From Patescibacteria group bacterium (GTDB taxonomy: Bacteria > Patescibacteriota > Minisyncoccia > Phycocordibacterales > PALSA-1337): a stretch of DNA of 49,154 nucleotides. Made by a program: the position numbers and the translations under genes. Position 1 is the stretch's first letter; the number at the start of each line of letters is the position of its first letter. The notes under the pieces were generated by a model. It ran no database searches and was not told the origin of the DNA. It worked only from the letters and a program-made list of their open reading frames with translations. Below are positions 46,179 to 49,154 of this stretch, one piece after another. Where the stretch lies: the NCBI GenBank assembly GCA_040387635.1, contig JAZKDJ010000001.1, forward strand, positions 517,193-566,346, in the 5' to 3' direction.

Positions 46179-48977
46179 ATGATATTTATTTTTTATAGAG
46201 GACTGCTGGCAGCTTTGATTTCACTATGTGCTTTGGCTTTGGGTTTCTCTTTTGCTCCTGAGGTGTGGGGAGCGGTAATAATTACCGAAGATATTAGTGG
46301 GAGTCATGAATGGACTCAAGAAAATAGTCCTTATGTGATCAAAGGAAACATTGTTATAAATCAGGGTTCGCATGTAGTAGTGCATCCTGGTGTTCATATT
46401 GAATTTGCTGAATCAGATCCAGTCGGATCAGAAATTATGATGCTGGAGGTGAGGGGTCGATTGGATCTCAGGGGAAGTTCAGGGTCTCCCATAGTCCTTA
46501 CTTCGCAGGAAGGAGGAAAAGTTACTCATTGGTCAGTGAAGTATTACGCGTCTTCCTTGGGTTCTGTTATTCAGAATGCGATATTTGAGAACAGTTCATC
46601 GGGTGTGTCTTTGGATAAGTCGGAAATTGTGACGAGTGGCGTCTCTATGATCAATGTACGTTCGCCGTTCAGGTTGAAGGATTCGAAGCTTGTTCTTGCT
46701 TCGTCAACGATAAAGAACTCGAGGCTGGGCATATACGCTGAGAGGAGCTCGCTTCGAGTCACGTCTTCTCTCTTTGAGAAGAATCAAAAGGTAATTGTGA
46801 ATACTCTGTCTCCTCAGCTGGTCATGAAAAATCAGAGTTGGTTGAACAACACTGGTGGCGAAGGTAATGCTTATAAGAACATTGCAGCTTCGAGTACGAT
46901 TTCCGCGTCGGCTTTCATAGACAATGAACATGGGATTATGAATTTGACCTCGGGCCTCATCGACGCACGAGGCAATTGGTGGGAAGGTGATGCTCAAAGC
47001 ATGGATGACAATACTGAGGGAAATGTTTTGGTTGAACCAAAGCTTTCTTTTAATCCATTCACTCATGCAGATAATGTAGCTACCAGTTCGTGCTGTTCGA
47101 ACATTGCCTTCATTCCTGGTCTGCAGGCAAGCAGACTCTTAGAAAGAAAAGGTGGACTCTCCGACGGTTCCTCAAATGAATTATGGATCCCAAATAGAAA
47201 TCTTGATGTCTTGAAACTCAAACTCGATGAGAGCGGGAAAGGTGTGGCAGATGTTTTTGTTGGAGACGTTATCAGAAAGGCAGGACTCAAAAATATTTAT
47301 CAGAAGCTATTCGATTTGTTTGATGATATGAAAGGTCGCCAGGTGATAGGGGATTGGAAGGCTTTGCCGTATGACTGGAGACTTGGGATTGATGACATTG
47401 TGACAAATGGAGTTAGACAAAAAGATTCAATCTATAAGATGGAATCAGAAATAGTAGCTTTGGCGAGCTCGTCTCCAACGGGTAAGGTATCACTTGTTGC
47501 TCATAGTAATGGCGGTCTCATCGTAAAATATTTGGTGAAGCAACTCATGGAACATGATCGTGGTGACCTAATTGATTCTGTAACAATGATAGCTTCGCCA
47601 GAATTCGGCACTCCTTATGCAATCGCCTCACTTCTTCATGGTTATGGTCAGGACATTCTTGGGGGTCTTGTTGTGAAGCAGGCAACTGCCATGGAACTTG
47701 CTCGCACAATTCCTGCGAGCTATGCGCTTCTTCCATCTGAAAGATATTTTGAAAAACACAATTTTAGAAATTGGTTGCCCATAGATATCTTCAAAGAAAA
47801 TGCGACATCGTCTATCAGTACTCATTCTAAATTTATTGATTTCTTGAGTAATGCAATGGGAGCAGGCATCAAGAATCAAAGACTCTTTGATCTGGCAAAG
47901 AATATTCATGACGTAATCGATTCTTTTGTTTTTCCAGAAGGTATTGTGGTTCGTAAGTTAATTGGAATAGGAATGCCTACTGTATCCAAGATGTTGTATA
48001 AAGGTATGGATGTATCAAAAACAGATGTGTATTTCTCCGGCCATGGAGACGGCACAGTGCTAGCACATGGAAGCGACACAGATGACACTCGTTCAGAAAT
48101 AAGTTTTCTTGATCTTACTCTGCCTTTCAAAAAAGGAGATTCTTTACGCAGGCATGCTGACATAACTGAGCACCCATCTGTTTTGAAGTACATTGAGCGA
48201 GTGGGGGAAGGTGTGAGTCCGTCATCAATACCACTCCTTCATTCTCAAGAAGACAACATCAAGATACCGACCTATGTGTCAGTGTCTGTTCACTCACCAG
48301 TGGCGCTAAAAGTTTGCGCATCAGACGGAATCTGTACTGGTAGGGATCAGGAGGACTATTCATATCAGGACGATGTACTAGGAAGCTATACCGAAAATAT
48401 CCCAGGCAGTTCCTATTTTGAAATTGGAGAAGACAAGTACATTACATTTCCTCAAGATGATGGAGAGTATAGTATTACCGCTTCGGGTATTGGTAGTGGG
48501 CCGGTTAAGTTAAGTATTAAACAAATCACAGAACAAAGAGAGGGCAGCATTGCTGAGTTTGAATTCAATGTTTCAACAAGCTCTATTATAGAAGGGTCTG
48601 TTAATGTTTTGGAATCAGATTCTTTAATTGAAGCGTCTCCACTATCTGTTGACTACGACGGAGATCGAATTATTGATGGGTATATTGAGAGCGGTATTAT
48701 TCAGCCTAAGCCAGACTCTCAGGAAACTGAAGTGGAGGTCAAGAAAAATACTTCACGAAAAGGTGGAGGCGCGTACACTTTTGTTGATGATGCAAACTCC
48801 ACTGAATCATTTGAATCATCTGAAGCATCGCCCCTGCTTCTTATTATTCTTGATGAACTAAAGCAGGCAGTAACTTACTTTTTGGCCGACAACAAGACTA
48901 TGCTTCTTTATAAGTTAGATAGCATCCAGAAGCTGCTTTTCCAATACTCAGCTAATGGGGCGCCAGGGAGCCCTTGA
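46179..48977 (+). CDS. secreted right-handed beta-helix plus alpha/beta-hydrolase (LCAT/PGAP1-like lipase/acyltransferase)
   Basis: Signal peptide, WTQENSPYVI and ARGNWW beta-helix hallmarks, FIPGLQASRL, YDWRL, nucleophile AHSNGG, P-x-x-GTP, GDGTV and a catalytic His candidate (RHADI). Confidence 0.85.
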   Translation: MIFIFYRGLLAALISLCALALGFSFAPEVWGAVIITEDISGSHEWTQENSPYVIKGNIVINQGSHVVVHPGVHIEFAESDPVGSEIMMLEVRGRLDLRGSSGSPIVLTSQEGGKVTHWSVKYYASSLGSVIQNAIFENSSSGVSLDKSEIVTSGVSMINVRSPFRLKDSKLVLASSTIKNSRLGIYAERSSLRVTSSLFEKNQKVIVNTLSPQLVMKNQSWLNNTGGEGNAYKNIAASSTISASAFIDNEHGIMNLTSGLIDARGNWWEGDAQSMDDNTEGNVLVEPKLSFNPFTHADNVATSSCCSNIAFIPGLQASRLLERKGGLSDGSSNELWIPNRNLDVLKLKLDESGKGVADVFVGDVIRKAGLKNIYQKLFDLFDDMKGRQVIGDWKALPYDWRLGIDDIVTNGVRQKDSIYKMESEIVALASSSPTGKVSLVAHSNGGLIVKYLVKQLMEHDRGDLIDSVTMIASPEFGTPYAIASLLHGYGQDILGGLVVKQATAMELARTIPASYALLPSERYFEKHNFRNWLPIDIFKENATSSISTHSKFIDFLSNAMGAGIKNQRLFDLAKNIHDVIDSFVFPEGIVVRKLIGIGMPTVSKMLYKGMDVSKTDVYFSGHGDGTVLAHGSDTDDTRSEISFLDLTLPFKKGDSLRRHADITEHPSVLKYIERVGEGVSPSSIPLLHSQEDNIKIPTYVSVSVHSPVALKVCASDGICTGRDQEDYSYQDDVLGSYTENIPGSSYFEIGEDKYITFPQDDGEYSITASGIGSGPVKLSIKQITEQREGSIAEFEFNVSTSSIIEGSVNVLESDSLIEASPLSVDYDGDRIIDGYIESGIIQPKPDSQETEVEVKKNTSRKGGGAYTFVDDANSTESFESSEASPLLLIILDELKQAVTYFLADNKTMLLYKLDSIQKLLFQYSANGAPGSP

Positions 48978-49154
48978 TTAACCCGCTCTTCTATAGTAGT
49001 CTGGTTGCAAAGGCCAGAGACAGAGGGCATTGGATCATATCCAAAGAAGACCTTCCGAGGTACCATGCACTAAGTATATCTTCCAAGATATCCGACAGCG
49101 CAACCTACTCAACGCCTTTATTAAAGGTCGTTTTCATTTAAAAAATCATAAGAT
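48956..49154 (-). ncRNA. candidate 6S-like RNA, 5' end cut by the window edge
   Basis: Minus strand gives nested pairings CTT(A)TGATT/AATCAAGG and GGTTGCG/TGCAACC and ends GAGCGGGTTAATCAAGGGCTCCCTGGCGCCCC, reminiscent of 6S RNA 3' halves. No ORF. Confidence 0.3.

Noticed and set aside
1-49154. Genetic code 25 (TGA=Gly) as in Gracilibacteria/Absconditabacteria
   Set aside because: Core genes are full length under code 11, and TGA ends thyA and rluA at the expected C-termini.

Overview
Core-genome segment of a Candidate Phyla Radiation (Patescibacteria, most likely Parcubacteria) bacterium. It uses genetic code 11 with AT-rich leaders lacking obvious Shine-Dalgarno sites. Housekeeping genes: rluA-family, folD, secE-nusG-rplK (no rplA), glyA, argS, ileS, recO, glyQS, metG, tatD, rpsF-ssb-rpsR, efp, recA, ftsK, plus a large acidic surface protein and a secreted beta-helix/lipase. 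I saw no tRNA, rRNA, CRISPR array or transposase. Most interesting signals: (1) a thymidylate cluster (DHFR, HIT, HIGH-motif nucleotidyltransferase, dCMP deaminase fused to a degenerate nucleotidyltransferase domain, second HIT, ThyA that appears to lack two of four phosphate-binding arginines, dUTPase, GlyA), which may act on a nucleotidylated pyrimidine intermediate; (2) a winged-helix gene divergent from ftsK with about ten TAWWRGAC repeats in its promoter and inside its coding sequence; (3) IleRS with an intact histidine-phosphatase domain inserted; (4) solitary promoter-gene-terminator cassettes encoding diverged housekeeping domains (ClpN, tandem RNAP alpha-CTD, HAD, HIT); (5) several candidate structured non-coding RNAs. 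All calls come from reading motifs by eye; no searches were run.
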